From: an uncultured Thiotrichaceae bacterium
Lineage (GTDB): Bacteria > Pseudomonadota > Gammaproteobacteria > SZUA-229
DNA: 64,000 nucleotides
Direction of reading: 5' to 3'
Assembly: GCA_964531165.1 (NCBI GenBank)
Contig: CAZHEA010000003.1
Location: forward strand, 13,048-77,047
Below the pieces are notes generated by a model, which was not told where the DNA came from, did no database searches, and saw nothing but the letters and a program-made list of their open reading frames with translations. The translations under genes were made by a program, and so were the position numbers. The first letter of the stretch is position 1, and each line of letters starts with the position of its first letter. Below are positions 17,134 to 27,662 of the stretch, piece after piece.

Positions 17134-18366
17134 ATGCTTTTCTCTTCCCTTGATTTTGCTGATGAAATTCAGCGTGGCATAAATGCCTGTGGATATTCTG
17201 ATATGACAGAAATTCAGCAAATGGCAATCATCCCTGCACGTCGAGGAAAAGATTTGCTTGCCAATGCACAAACCGGTACCGGTAAAACCGCAGCTTTCGC
17301 ATTACCGGTACTTCAACAGATGTTAGACCGCCCAAAGCCGACGCAATCTCAACAGCCCCGTACATTGATATTGACCCCAACCCGTGAACTGGCTGAACAA
17401 CTGGCTCAGACGATTGCTGGCTATGCACAGTTTACCGGCTTGTCTGTTCTGGCATTATATGGCGGTGTGAAATTATCCGCGCAGCAAAAAAAGCTTAAAG
17501 CAGGCGTTGATATTTTAGTATCAACCCCGGGTCGGCTAATTGAACACCTGGTTCAATGTAATGTTCACTTGTCACAGGTTGAATTTGTAGTACTTGATGA
17601 AGCAGACAGAATGCTCGATATGGGGTTTATATCCGATGTTAATGCACTGTTGCAGAAAGTACCTGAGTCTCATCAAACCTTAATGTTTTCTGCAACGATG
17701 AATCAACAGGTCAGCAATCTGGCAAAAAAATTATTAAATAAACATCAGGTCATCAGTGCAGCAAAACAAAATGCCACGGCAGATACAGTTGATCACATTG
17801 TTTATGAAGTTGAAGAACGACGTAAAGTGGAATTGTTTATTGATTTACTTGATGACAAAAACTGGTTTAAAGTACTGGTGTTTACCAGTACCAAAGCTCA
17901 GGCTGATGAATTAAAGCATTATCTTAAACAGGAAAAAATTTCAGCGGCAGTTTGTCACAGTGATAAAAGCCAGGGTGCACGCCGGCGGGCAATCGCCGAT
18001 TTCAAATCAGATAAATTACAGGTGTTAATTGCAACAGAAGTGGCGGCCAGAGGCCTGGATATTCAGGGGCTGGATCATGTAGTAAATTTAAACCTGCCTT
18101 ATCTGGCAGAAGATTATGTGCATCGAATTGGTCGTACTGGTCGAGCAGGGGCTAAGGGTGAAGCTATTTCATTTGTGAGCCGGGAAGAAGAGCGCACTTT
18201 AAACAGTATAGAGCGTTTAATCGGAGTGAAAATTAAGCGCCTGAAGATGCCGGGTTATGAAGTGGGTAGCCGGCAGACCTTACAGGAAACTATAAATAGA
18301 ACCTCACGGCCATCACGTAAAAACAAACAGACTCAAACTCGTGTAATACAGCGTAATAAAAAATAA
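17134..18366 (+). CDS. rhlE: DEAD-box ATP-dependent RNA helicase, RhlE-like
   Basis: AQTGTGKT, DEAD, SAT and HRIGRTGRAG motifs, plus a basic C-terminal tail. Confidence 0.85.
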   Translation: MLFSSLDFADEIQRGINACGYSDMTEIQQMAIIPARRGKDLLANAQTGTGKTAAFALPVLQQMLDRPKPTQSQQPRTLILTPTRELAEQLAQTIAGYAQFTGLSVLALYGGVKLSAQQKKLKAGVDILVSTPGRLIEHLVQCNVHLSQVEFVVLDEADRMLDMGFISDVNALLQKVPESHQTLMFSATMNQQVSNLAKKLLNKHQVISAAKQNATADTVDHIVYEVEERRKVELFIDLLDDKNWFKVLVFTSTKAQADELKHYLKQEKISAAVCHSDKSQGARRRAIADFKSDKLQVLIATEVAARGLDIQGLDHVVNLNLPYLAEDYVHRIGRTGRAGAKGEAISFVSREEERTLNSIERLIGVKIKRLKMPGYEVGSRQTLQETINRTSRPSRKNKQTQTRVIQRNKK

Positions 18367-18375
18367 CAGTACTGT

Positions 18376-18588
18376 ATGTGCTACTTGTTAATTGACTGGA
18401 AACCATCTCAATCTGCTATTGACCTGATAAAGTTAAACGGTGTGAATGATGAGCAGATTTCCACTTCAGTAGAGTATTTAAAAAATCAGAGTGAAATTAG
18501 CAATCTTGATGATTTGTCCGGTTACGATAACTGGAATTCATTCTTTATACTATTTTGTATTAAAGCGCATGCCGCGCCAAATCAATAA
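18376..18588 (+). CDS. small hypothetical protein, possibly a DnaT-like domain
   Basis: 70-aa ORF 9 nt after rhlE. The W-x-P-S ... L ... G ... W ... F spacing loosely resembles DnaT-type domains. This assignment is weak. Confidence 0.35.
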   Translation: MCYLLIDWKPSQSAIDLIKLNGVNDEQISTSVEYLKNQSEISNLDDLSGYDNWNSFFILFCIKAHAAPNQ

Positions 18589-18665
18589 TGATGTTAATTT
18601 CTGGTTCTCGTCAATCAGAAATGACAATCCCGGTGTTTGTTATTTTAATTTTTAAAAAATCATAA

Positions 18666-21272
18666 ATGCAACAACTTCCCATTAATAATGTCTTAGATGA
18701 TATTAAGTTAAAACTAAGTCAACATCCGTGTGTTGTTTTACAGGCTCCTCCCGGCGCCGGTAAAACAACGGCAGTTCCGCTTGCGCTGCTCAATCAACAC
18801 TGGCTGGAAAAAAGAAAAATAATTATTCTTGAGCCGAGGCGTCTGGCAGCTCGTAATGCCGCTTCCAGAATGGCATTTATGCTAAATGAAAAGGTCGGAG
18901 AAACGGTTGGTTATCAAATACGGCAGGATCATTGCTTTAGTGCTAAAACAAAAATTCTTGTCGTTACCGAAGGCATATTAACACGCAAGCTGCAGGCGGA
19001 TCCGGAACTTGCTGATATTGCGCTGGTGATATTTGATGAGTTTCATGAACGCAGCTTGCATGCTGATTTGTCACTTGCACTGTGCCTGCAGAGCCAGCAG
19101 GTATTACGCGAAGATTTAAAAATACTGATTATGTCAGCCACACTTAATACTCAGGCGATTGTTAAGCTGCTTGATGATGCGCCGTTAATTATCAGTGAAG
19201 GTAAAAGCTACCCGGTCGATATTCATTACATGGATAAACCGATGAAGCAGGGTTTTAATGCTTATGAAAGTAATCAGTTGTTAATATCTCAGTTATTTGA
19301 AACAGTTAAACATGTTATAGAAAATCATACAGGCAGTTGTCTGGTTTTTTTGCCCGGCGTAAAAGAGATATCACAGTTAGAAAATAGACTTTCAGTGTTT
19401 ATTGAACAACAGAAAATACAGAACATTTTACTGGCTCCCTTACACGGTAGTTTAAGTAAATCACAGCAGGATGCAGCGATAGCTCCGGTTTCTAATAAGG
19501 AGCGTAAAATAGTATTGGCAACTAATATTGCGGAAACCAGTTTAACGATTGAAGGTATAAACTGTGTCGTTGATTCAGGCCTTGAGCGGGTTATGGAGTA
19601 TAGCCCTGCATCAGCAATGAATGCTTTGAATACGCGACATATATCCGAAGATTCTGCCATACAACGAAGTGGCAGGGCGGGTCGTTTAAGTGCTGGTGCC
19701 GGTTATAGATTATGGACCTCACAGCAACAAAAGCGCATGCAAAAACATTCGCAAGCAGAAATATTACACAGTGACCTATCTATTTTAGCGCTTGAACTTG
19801 CGAATTGGGGAGTTGATGATGTTACAGAATTGCAGTGGATGAACTTGCCACCTGCAAGTGCGTTGTCTCAAGCCAGGCAGTTATTGCATCAGTTTTACGC
19901 AATTGATGATACAGGAAAAATTAGTGATCACGGGCGGATTATAATCAGTCTCGGAATTCACCCTCGACTCGCGCATATGGTTGTTTGCGCTGTTGAAATT
20001 AAACAGGTTTATCATGCCTGTTTGATCGCCAGCTTATTGACAGAGCGTGATATTTTTTTAGCTGCGGCTAAAAGGGGAGTTGATATTGAAGATAGAATTG
20101 CTGTTCTTAAAAATGCAGATTCATTAAAAACTCAAAAATATCACGTTGATGTTCATCAATGTAAACGTATTATTCAATCTGCAGATGATATCTTTAAACG
20201 TTTAAAAAGATGTTATAAAAATATTTCTAAAGAAGACGTAAAGTCTGATATCAGTGGTGTTTTACTGGCATTTGCCTATACGGACAGGATATCAAAGCAG
20301 CGTACGCCAACACAGGCTAAATATTTATTGAGTAATGGCAAGGGCGCATTCATAGCGGAGCATTTACAACAAAATTTACATGAATATATTGTCATAGCGA
20401 ATCTGGATGCAAAGCTCAGCAGAGGAGAAGCACGTATTTACTTATGTGCGCATATTTCTAAACTACAAATAGAAGAGTATTTCGAGCAGATGATTGTAGT
20501 TGACGAGAACCTCTCATGGAATGACAAATCTGAGCGTGTTGAAATTAATAGACAGCGCTCTATTGGCAACCTGGTACTCGATAAAGTTCGATCAAGTGAA
20601 GGTGATAGCGCTAAAGTTCAGGCGTGTCTGCTCGAGGGACTTGCATTAGTTGGTTTGCAGTGTTTGAACTGGACGCCTAAAGCACTTAGTCTGAAGCAGC
20701 GCATTGTATTCATCAATCAACAGTTGGTTTGTGAGCGTTTACAGGGCAAACTTACAGATGTGAATCTGCCTGATTTTACTGATGTGTATCTGACTGAAAA
20801 CTTGTCTGAGTGGTTGCAGCCCTATATGAGTACTGAGAACAGCATTAAACATTGTCATAAACTTGATATTTATAGCATGCTTAAAAGTCTGTTGAGCTGG
20901 GAGCAGATGCAATTAATTGATCGTCTGGCACCTGAGTCAATTCTGGTTCCCAGTGGTTCTAAAATTAAAATTGATTATAATGATCCGCTTCAGCCGGTAC
21001 TGGCTGTCAGACTACAGGAGGTATTCGGATTGCATCAAACCCCGGTAATACTGGATGGCCATTGTCAGTTAATGATGCATCTATTATCACCGGCACATCG
21101 TGCCATGCAGGTTACACAGGACTTAGGTAGTTTTTGGGAGACAACATATCATGACGTCAAAAAAGAATTACGTGGACAGTATAAAAGACACTATTGGCCG
21201 GATGATCCCTTAACGGCAACTGCAACCAGTAAAACAAAAAAGAATATGCATAAGCCATCTGTTTCAAAATAG
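18666..21272 (+). CDS. hrpB: ATP-dependent DEAH-box helicase HrpB
   Basis: APPGAGKTT, DEFHER, SAT and QRSGRAGR motifs. The 868-aa length includes the HrpB-type C-terminal domain. Confidence 0.9.
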   Translation: MQQLPINNVLDDIKLKLSQHPCVVLQAPPGAGKTTAVPLALLNQHWLEKRKIIILEPRRLAARNAASRMAFMLNEKVGETVGYQIRQDHCFSAKTKILVVTEGILTRKLQADPELADIALVIFDEFHERSLHADLSLALCLQSQQVLREDLKILIMSATLNTQAIVKLLDDAPLIISEGKSYPVDIHYMDKPMKQGFNAYESNQLLISQLFETVKHVIENHTGSCLVFLPGVKEISQLENRLSVFIEQQKIQNILLAPLHGSLSKSQQDAAIAPVSNKERKIVLATNIAETSLTIEGINCVVDSGLERVMEYSPASAMNALNTRHISEDSAIQRSGRAGRLSAGAGYRLWTSQQQKRMQKHSQAEILHSDLSILALELANWGVDDVTELQWMNLPPASALSQARQLLHQFYAIDDTGKISDHGRIIISLGIHPRLAHMVVCAVEIKQVYHACLIASLLTERDIFLAAAKRGVDIEDRIAVLKNADSLKTQKYHVDVHQCKRIIQSADDIFKRLKRCYKNISKEDVKSDISGVLLAFAYTDRISKQRTPTQAKYLLSNGKGAFIAEHLQQNLHEYIVIANLDAKLSRGEARIYLCAHISKLQIEEYFEQMIVVDENLSWNDKSERVEINRQRSIGNLVLDKVRSSEGDSAKVQACLLEGLALVGLQCLNWTPKALSLKQRIVFINQQLVCERLQGKLTDVNLPDFTDVYLTENLSEWLQPYMSTENSIKHCHKLDIYSMLKSLLSWEQMQLIDRLAPESILVPSGSKIKIDYNDPLQPVLAVRLQEVFGLHQTPVILDGHCQLMMHLLSPAHRAMQVTQDLGSFWETTYHDVKKELRGQYKRHYWPDDPLTATATSKTKKNMHKPSVSK

Positions 21273-21401
21273 TTGGTGGAAATGATTTTCACATGATATA
21301 AAATTGCGGTCACGTTTTTTATAGCGCTAATGCAGAATTAGAGTTTTGCTATAATGGCGTTAATTTATCAAGCAGGTTTTTAAAAGAGATGTTGAGTTAC
21401 T

Positions 21402-22103
21402 ATGAATAAAAGTTTAGTTACAAATTGTATTGCGCTGACAGTTGTTGTTATCGGCTATTATCTACAGAACCCAATTATATTAAGTGTAGGTTTGTTTGCC
21501 GTTTCCGGTGCGGTGACTAACTGGCTTGCCATCTATATGCTATTTGAAAAAGTTCCCGGATTATATGGTTCTGGAGTTATCCCGGCCCGTTTTGAAGAAT
21601 TTAAACGGGCGATTAAAGATCTAATGATGGTGCAGTTTTTTACGGATGAAAATATTGATCGATTCTTAAAGGGCTCAGACGGGGTACCTGAGTTTAAACT
21701 GTCACCGGTCATTGAAAAAGTCGACCTGTCACCCTCATTTGATGCGCTTGTTGAGGTTATTATGAAATCATCTTTTGGTGGAATGCTCGGCATGTTTGGC
21801 GGAATTGACGCCTTAACCCCATTAAAAGAACCTTTTATCGAAAGCATGAAAACATCTTTAGTTAATCTGACTGAAGAGGAAAGCTTCCAGGAACTGCTGC
21901 GTAATGAAATTGAACGGCCAGATGTGCTTTCTGATATCAAGCAACAAGTTGAAAAAATTGTAGAATCACGATTAGAAGAATTGACGCCAGAGATTGTAAA
22001 AGACATCGTGCAAACGATGATAAAGCAACATCTTGGCTGGTTGGTTGTCTGGGGTGGTGTGTTTGGTGGGTTAATCGGTTTTGCTTCTGCGTTGCTGCTG
22101 TAG
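21402..22103 (+). CDS. DUF445-like membrane protein
   Basis: GAVTNWLAIYMLFEKVP motif and a C-terminal TM WLVVWGGVFGGLIGFASALLL. Confidence 0.55.
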   Translation: MNKSLVTNCIALTVVVIGYYLQNPIILSVGLFAVSGAVTNWLAIYMLFEKVPGLYGSGVIPARFEEFKRAIKDLMMVQFFTDENIDRFLKGSDGVPEFKLSPVIEKVDLSPSFDALVEVIMKSSFGGMLGMFGGIDALTPLKEPFIESMKTSLVNLTEEESFQELLRNEIERPDVLSDIKQQVEKIVESRLEELTPEIVKDIVQTMIKQHLGWLVVWGGVFGGLIGFASALLL

Positions 22104-22114
22104 TGTGGGAACGT

Positions 22115-24529
22115 TTATACGTTGATGACATTATTTAAGGTTGTTTTAAACCTTTTACAATGTTCTAAAACTAAGCTGATTGAATCAGAAACGTCATCGC
22201 TTGAAACTTTGCCGGCTTTTAAAATCTGTTGCAATTGTAATGTTTCATTGTGCAGTGCTATGGCTCCAATGGCGCTTGCAGAGCCAGCCAGCTTATGAAC
22301 TGCCTCGTATAAACCGCTATAGTTTGAGGCAGATCCCAGGTCTTGAATTGATGATATGTTGTCATCTAATGAACTAAAAAAATCATCTAGCAACTCTTTT
22401 GCTACTATTTCATTGCCACCAACTGTTTCTAATGCAATCTCATGATCATATACAGGGAGTCTCTTAGTTGTTAACTGTGAGTTGGGTGATGTGTGCTCTG
22501 CATTATGCCTGTGGGAGGTGTTATACCATTTATTTATCATTGAAAAGAGCTGGTCGGGTTTATATGGTTTAGCAAGTAAGTCACTCATGCCTGCTTCAAT
22601 TGCTTCCCGGCGAACATCGGAAAATGCATGAGCTGTTAGCGCTATAATGGGTATGGTTTTTCTAAATGTATCTAATTTATGTATTTTTCGAGTCGCTTCC
22701 ATGCCACTCATTTCGGGCATTTCAAGGTCCATCAATATTAAATCAAATTGATTGTTTTCGGCTGTATTTATTGCTTGCATACCGCTTTTAGCGGTTACAA
22801 CATTTGCACCCTCATTTGTAAGTAATGTTGTGGCGACCTTGAGGTTTATATTGTTATCATCAACGACTAATATATTCATATTTTTCAATATAGATGATAT
22901 AGCGGTATGTTGGTTAATGACTTCCTGCTTATTGTTTTCAATGTATTGCTTTGTAACATTCGCCTCATCGGTTCTTTCTACTTGTTGTGCAGGTGTCAGC
23001 AGGGGAATATATACAGAAAAAGTTGATCCTTCGCCATAGTGGCTTGTTAGTTTTATCTGTCCCCCCATCATGTTTACCAGGCGCTGTGTGATTACCAGCC
23101 CCAGACCTGTGCCGCCATACCTTCGAGTGATTGAACTGTCACCTTGTTGAAACGGCTGGAATAATCTTGCCTGTTGCCCGGGGTGTATTCCGATGCCGGT
23201 GTCTTCTACCGTTATACATAAATTAGATATTTTCAGGCTCTCAGGATGTTTCGCTATATTTAAATTTAATTTTTTAAGCTCGTTATCAATGCAGAGTTTT
23301 ATAGTGAACTTAATCTCACCGGTGTCTGTGAATTTTATGGCATTACCAATTAAGTTAGTAAATATTTGACGTAATCTAATCGGGTCACCAATAAAGGTTG
23401 TTGGAACTTCGCTATCAATGCCGGTTGTAAATTTCAGTCCTTTGTCTTTTATACTGCTGGAGAAAAGCGCTTTAATGTCATTTACTTCAGTTTGAATAAA
23501 AATGTTAGTTTTATCGAGGTTTAATTTACCGGCTTCGATTTTTGAAAAATCAAGTATGTCATTTATAATTGTCAGTAGACAATCAGTTGAGTTGGTAATA
23601 TTACGAACATAATCTTTCTGGATATTGTTGAGGCCGGTTTTTTCTAACAGACTGGTAAAACCTATTACGCCATTCATAGGTGTTCTAATTTCGTGACTCA
23701 TTATAGCGATAAATTCACTTTTAGCCTGATTAGCTGTTTCTGCCTGATTTTTTGCTGATTCAAGTTCACGGGTTCTATCAATAACGAGGCACTCCAGATC
23801 CTGTTGGTAGTTATTCAGTTTTTTATCATAATCCTGAATTTGATCTAACATAGAATTAAAGCCATCTACCAGTGTACCTAACTCGTCATTACTGATGTTT
23901 TGAGCACGGCAGCTAAAATCCTGATTTTTGGCAACCGTGTTCATTGTTTTGAGTAAGCGTTCAACAGGTGTAGATACAATGCGTTGTAAGCGGCTGGATA
24001 GCATGAAGGCAAGCATCATCGAAATAGTAAATATACCCAGGCCAAGGTATGCCTGCTTTTTGAGAATAGCATGAGCCAGACTCATGTCGCCGACTATATA
24101 AAAATAACCGATGATTTCGTTATCAAATAATATTGGCTCATTGATTTTTACATGCCCAAACATCAATGACGATTTGGATTGAGACTGCAAAATTTCTGCC
24201 TGTTGAAATTTGTTGAATTCTAAATATTGTGGTGACTGGTATTCTGCCAACACTTCGTTGCCAAGTAGTATGCCAGCCCAAATAACATTTTTTTGTGATG
24301 ATAACGTTGCAAGTATTTCCGTTGTCGCATTTTTGTCATGGTAGGCAATTGCTGCACTACTATTAGAACCCAGGATAGTTGCTAATGTGCCTAAACGTGT
24401 CGCTGTGTCATCACGTGCAGAGATCATTTCAATTGCCATAAACAATAGGAAGCTAAGCAATAAAACTGCTGCTGCAGTGACCAGTATAATGGCTTCCAGC
24501 TTTTTCTTTATTGATGCATTGCGTAGCAT
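22115..24529 (-). CDS. hybrid sensor histidine kinase (CHASE8-like sensor, HAMP, HisKA, HATPase, REC, HPt)
   Basis: Two TM helices flank the N-terminal sensor ([33 protein letters not shown]). H-box [11 protein letters not shown]-boxes DTGIGI and [25 protein letters not shown]. HPt [12 protein letters not shown]. Confidence 0.9.
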   Translation of the reverse strand: MLRNASIKKKLEAIILVTAAAVLLLSFLLFMAIEMISARDDTATRLGTLATILGSNSSAAIAYHDKNATTEILATLSSQKNVIWAGILLGNEVLAEYQSPQYLEFNKFQQAEILQSQSKSSLMFGHVKINEPILFDNEIIGYFYIVGDMSLAHAILKKQAYLGLGIFTISMMLAFMLSSRLQRIVSTPVERLLKTMNTVAKNQDFSCRAQNISNDELGTLVDGFNSMLDQIQDYDKKLNNYQQDLECLVIDRTRELESAKNQAETANQAKSEFIAIMSHEIRTPMNGVIGFTSLLEKTGLNNIQKDYVRNITNSTDCLLTIINDILDFSKIEAGKLNLDKTNIFIQTEVNDIKALFSSSIKDKGLKFTTGIDSEVPTTFIGDPIRLRQIFTNLIGNAIKFTDTGEIKFTIKLCIDNELKKLNLNIAKHPESLKISNLCITVEDTGIGIHPGQQARLFQPFQQGDSSITRRYGGTGLGLVITQRLVNMMGGQIKLTSHYGEGSTFSVYIPLLTPAQQVERTDEANVTKQYIENNKQEVINQHTAISSILKNMNILVVDDNNINLKVATTLLTNEGANVVTAKSGMQAINTAENNQFDLILMDLEMPEMSGMEATRKIHKLDTFRKTIPIIALTAHAFSDVRREAIEAGMSDLLAKPYKPDQLFSMINKWYNTSHRHNAEHTSPNSQLTTKRLPVYDHEIALETVGGNEIVAKELLDDFFSSLDDNISSIQDLGSASNYSGLYEAVHKLAGSASAIGAIALHNETLQLQQILKAGKVSSDDVSDSISLVLEHCKRFKTTLNNVINV

Positions 24530-25098
24530 TACGGCTTCACCTTAGTGTTTATCACATCGGCAAGAATGAGTAATCTGGAGCTTATTTCAAGGTTTGCATT
24601 ACGCGCGGTATTGAGGTTAATAACTAAACGAGTCTGTCCTTTTTTGCGATAGAACTGAATGATGCCGCCATGTTCTACAAAATCGGGAATGTCACTTACC
24701 GTCAACAATGGTTTTTCATGTACGGACTTAAGGATTTTTTTATAATGTTTGCTTTTTGACTTACTTATGTAAAGCATATGGCAGTCGTTTATAGATTGGT
24801 TTTCTGTTTTTGACTTAATGCTAACTTGTCTGCCTTTAATGACTTTTCCTTTAAGTCGGATTAAATTTAATTCATTTTTCTGATTGTCAATAATACATAA
24901 TACTAATGGACTATTGTTTGGAAATGCTGATTCCGGCCAGGTGGTGAATTTGGCAAAGTTGTAAATAAATGCGGCTTTGAAAAGCGCTTCATCTGATGCT
25001 TTTAGTGTAGGCGAGGCGGCATACAACGTTGTCTTTGTCAGCAATAATATGCTGATAAAAACAAACTTGATAAAAATATGAAAGAGTATCTTTTTCAA
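24529..25098 (-). CDS. periplasmic YfiR-like / DUF4154 protein
   Basis: Signal peptide plus the [12 protein letters not shown] motif. TTG start. There is a TAATG overlap with the downstream kinase gene. Confidence 0.75.
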   Translation of the reverse strand: MKKILFHIFIKFVFISILLLTKTTLYAASPTLKASDEALFKAAFIYNFAKFTTWPESAFPNNSPLVLCIIDNQKNELNLIRLKGKVIKGRQVSIKSKTENQSINDCHMLYISKSKSKHYKKILKSVHEKPLLTVSDIPDFVEHGGIIQFYRKKGQTRLVINLNTARNANLEISSRLLILADVINTKVKP

Positions 25099-25102
25099 TT
25101 TA

Positions 25103-25128
25103 TAACCTGCACGAATCCTTGCGGGTTA
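25103..25128 (-). promoter_or_regulatory. hairpin whose 3' arm overlaps the Shine-Dalgarno region of the DUF4154 gene
   Basis: The minus-strand RNA reads TAACCCGC-AAGGATTCGT-GCAGGTTA, followed by TAAA and the TTG start. The stem is 8 bp with one G:U pair. Confidence 0.35.
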
Positions 25129-25261
25129 GTAAACCTGCTACTCTGAATATTTTTTGTATCATTATGTTAAAAAAATTAAGCATCCTTATTTTTCAAGCTA
25201 TCCTGTTTTGTGTAATGGTGTTTTTATAGTCATATTGTTATTATTGTCATTACCAAGAAAA

Positions 25262-27385
25262 TTAAAACTTGTAACGTATTTCTGCATAGCCGTTACGCTC
25301 AGGTAAAGGTAAATCATTGGGGATGGAACGGCCGGTAAACTCACGTGCATCTACATCAAATAAATTTCGAATAGAAACGGCAAACTCCCAACTATCACTT
25401 GCTGCATAGTGTAATGTTGTATCGCTCATAAAGTAGTCGTTAACAGGTGGTCGTAAATCAGGATTGATACCGGCTGTGTTTCGTGGGCGTTCTCCAATCC
25501 AGCTGGACTGTAAATTCCAGTTCCATTTCGGCATAAACCCCCAGTCTAAACGGATATAAGCATCCTGATCTGGCTCCTGAATGGAACGAAAACTAGTTTC
25601 ATCCTGTTCGCGTGTAGTGAAGTTGGCATACAGGTTGATGTCATTATTGATCTGCCAGCGAGCCTCGAGTTCAATGCCGCGTATGGCATGATCGCCACTA
25701 TTTTCAAACTTTCCGGTCGTTCTGTTGTTAGTGATAATATCCGTTAGTTGAAAATAGAAAATATTGGCACCTAATTGTAACTTTTTGTTAGCCGCGTAGG
25801 AAAAAGCGACTTCCAGTGTTTCGGAGCGTTCGGGGTCCAGATTAGGGTTCGGCTCAGTAAATGAAGTGCGATCGAACAGTTCGAGATAAGAAGGAGGTCT
25901 GAATGCCTGGCCGTATATGAATTTGGTGGTTAATTTTTCAGTGCTTTGCCAGACTAATGCAAGGCGCGGATTAAAGGTGCCACCAAAATCAGAATAATCG
26001 TCATAACGTGCACCGGCGGTTAATTGAAGGGTGTTTGAAATTGACCAGATATCCTGTAAATAGACATGGCTGATTTTGCGGGTATCTTCAGGTACAAAGG
26101 CATAAGGTGTATTGGATATATCCACTAAACCTGAGCCGGGTGGTATCGGGTTACCATCCGCACCGATACCGAAATTAACCTTGTGATTAATTGAGTACAA
26201 ATCCTGCCAGGTATAACCTGCGCCAATGCGCACCGCATGATCATTTAAACCAGAATAGAGGGTACTGGCTTCGAAGACTATGCGACGTTCATCTGAGCGT
26301 TGCTGATTAATCTGTCCATCCGGATAGATGTCGCCATTTCCGTCAACATAATCAGGTGGGCGTTCCTGAAAGCCACTGCCGGATGAGTAATTATAGTGCT
26401 GAAAGCGTAATTCCATATCCAGCTCCCAGTTTTCAGTGAAATTACTGTCATTGTATAAAAGATCAATATTCAGTCGGCTATCATCGGCCTGGGTTAGAGG
26501 ATCGAGTACGCCAAAGCCGGTTAACCCCGTTTCCAGATTGTTACTACTCATATAGGCTGCATTCATGCGCCAGTTTGCACGGGCAACGGATAAGCGTATA
26601 TCTTTATTCTCCCAGCCATATTGGGCATTACCGGGAGCATAGGATACGTTGCTGTTGTTATTGTTGTCCTCCGAGGTCTGCCCATCTTCTGTTATAAGGG
26701 GGTTATATCCATCGGTTGCGGAAATATTGGCGGTGAAGTTAACGTTAAACCCGCTATAAATATCACCATGCTGTAACCAGGCTGATTTTGTATTAAAGCT
26801 TCCTGTTCGGATACCGGCTTCGGTATTTTCAATTTTTGCTGCTGCTTTGGTTATGACATTGATGACGCCAGCAGATGCATCGGCACCAAATAAAGCGGAT
26901 CCCGGGCCGCGAATAATCTCAACTCGTTCAATTGCACTGGCTGGAAGACCTTTCCAGAAAATACCGAAATTCCATACCAGATCAACCATCGAGTTTCCAT
27001 CAATCATCATCAGGGTCTGAGTGCCCTTGGCCCCTCTGAACTGTACAATCGGTCGGTTTCCAAACTGGCTAATTCTGACATGTAAGCCGGGTACACCCTC
27101 AAGGACTTCAACAAGATTAGTCGCACCGGTGGCTTTAATATCATCAGCCGTTATCAGGGTAACAACCGCCGGTGCCTTGGTGGTGGTTTGCTTGGATGCG
27201 GTGGCTATAGTAGTTTCTAGACTGATAAGGTCTTCAAGACTGAGTGAAATAAAATGCTCAAACCTGTCATCAGTATTGTTTTCGGCATAAAGAGGCTGTG
27301 CAGAGCTATATAGAACTGTTATTAACACGCTCAAAGTCACGCTGCGTTTAAGCATAAAAAGCCTGACGCATTCGTTAATATTCAT
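25262..27385 (-). CDS. TonB-dependent outer-membrane receptor
   Basis: Signal peptide, plug region (VVTLITADDIKATGATNLVEVLEGVPGL), a long beta-barrel and the terminal YAEIRYKF. An alternative start is Met11 (27355). Confidence 0.9.
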   Translation of the reverse strand: MNINECVRLFMLKRSVTLSVLITVLYSSAQPLYAENNTDDRFEHFISLSLEDLISLETTIATASKQTTTKAPAVVTLITADDIKATGATNLVEVLEGVPGLHVRISQFGNRPIVQFRGAKGTQTLMMIDGNSMVDLVWNFGIFWKGLPASAIERVEIIRGPGSALFGADASAGVINVITKAAAKIENTEAGIRTGSFNTKSAWLQHGDIYSGFNVNFTANISATDGYNPLITEDGQTSEDNNNNSNVSYAPGNAQYGWENKDIRLSVARANWRMNAAYMSSNNLETGLTGFGVLDPLTQADDSRLNIDLLYNDSNFTENWELDMELRFQHYNYSSGSGFQERPPDYVDGNGDIYPDGQINQQRSDERRIVFEASTLYSGLNDHAVRIGAGYTWQDLYSINHKVNFGIGADGNPIPPGSGLVDISNTPYAFVPEDTRKISHVYLQDIWSISNTLQLTAGARYDDYSDFGGTFNPRLALVWQSTEKLTTKFIYGQAFRPPSYLELFDRTSFTEPNPNLDPERSETLEVAFSYAANKKLQLGANIFYFQLTDIITNNRTTGKFENSGDHAIRGIELEARWQINNDINLYANFTTREQDETSFRSIQEPDQDAYIRLDWGFMPKWNWNLQSSWIGERPRNTAGINPDLRPPVNDYFMSDTTLHYAASDSWEFAVSIRNLFDVDAREFTGRSIPNDLPLPERNGYAEIRYKF

Positions 27386-27662
27386 GTGTGTTACCCGCGT
27401 TTATTTGGGGTGCTGAAGCAGTGACGGAATTAAATTGATAGAGTGATTGGATTACGAGTAATTTGAGGCGTTGTCTGTATAAAAATTGAACCACTTTTCT
27501 ACCTGAATCTTCATATTTATAAAATTGTTGTCCATATAATATAAATAGTACATATGAACTGATTTAATTATAGTCCAAGTTTAAAATTGTGTATGAAAGT
27601 TTGTTGTAATTTAATGGCATTGAGTGTGTTTATTCTGAGAACAGGCAAAAAGTACAAACGCA

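Noticed and set aside
17134-21272. Two adjacent helicases (DEAD-box and DEAH-box) as a possible defence module
   Set aside because: Both match housekeeping families (RhlE-like, HrpB) in full-length motifs. No nuclease, methylase or other defence-type partner is nearby.
21533-22006. 157-aa minus-strand ORF, the longest antisense ORF
   Set aside because: It is fully embedded antisense in the DUF445-like gene. The S-rich, low-complexity translation is typical of a shadow frame.
27386-27662. Possible Fur box or cobalamin riboswitch upstream of the TonB-dependent receptor
   Set aside because: I read both strands and found no GATAATGATAATCATTATC-like palindrome and no B12-box-like conserved core. 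The region is only an AT-rich promoter-like sequence. An Rfam scan would be needed to exclude the riboswitch formally.
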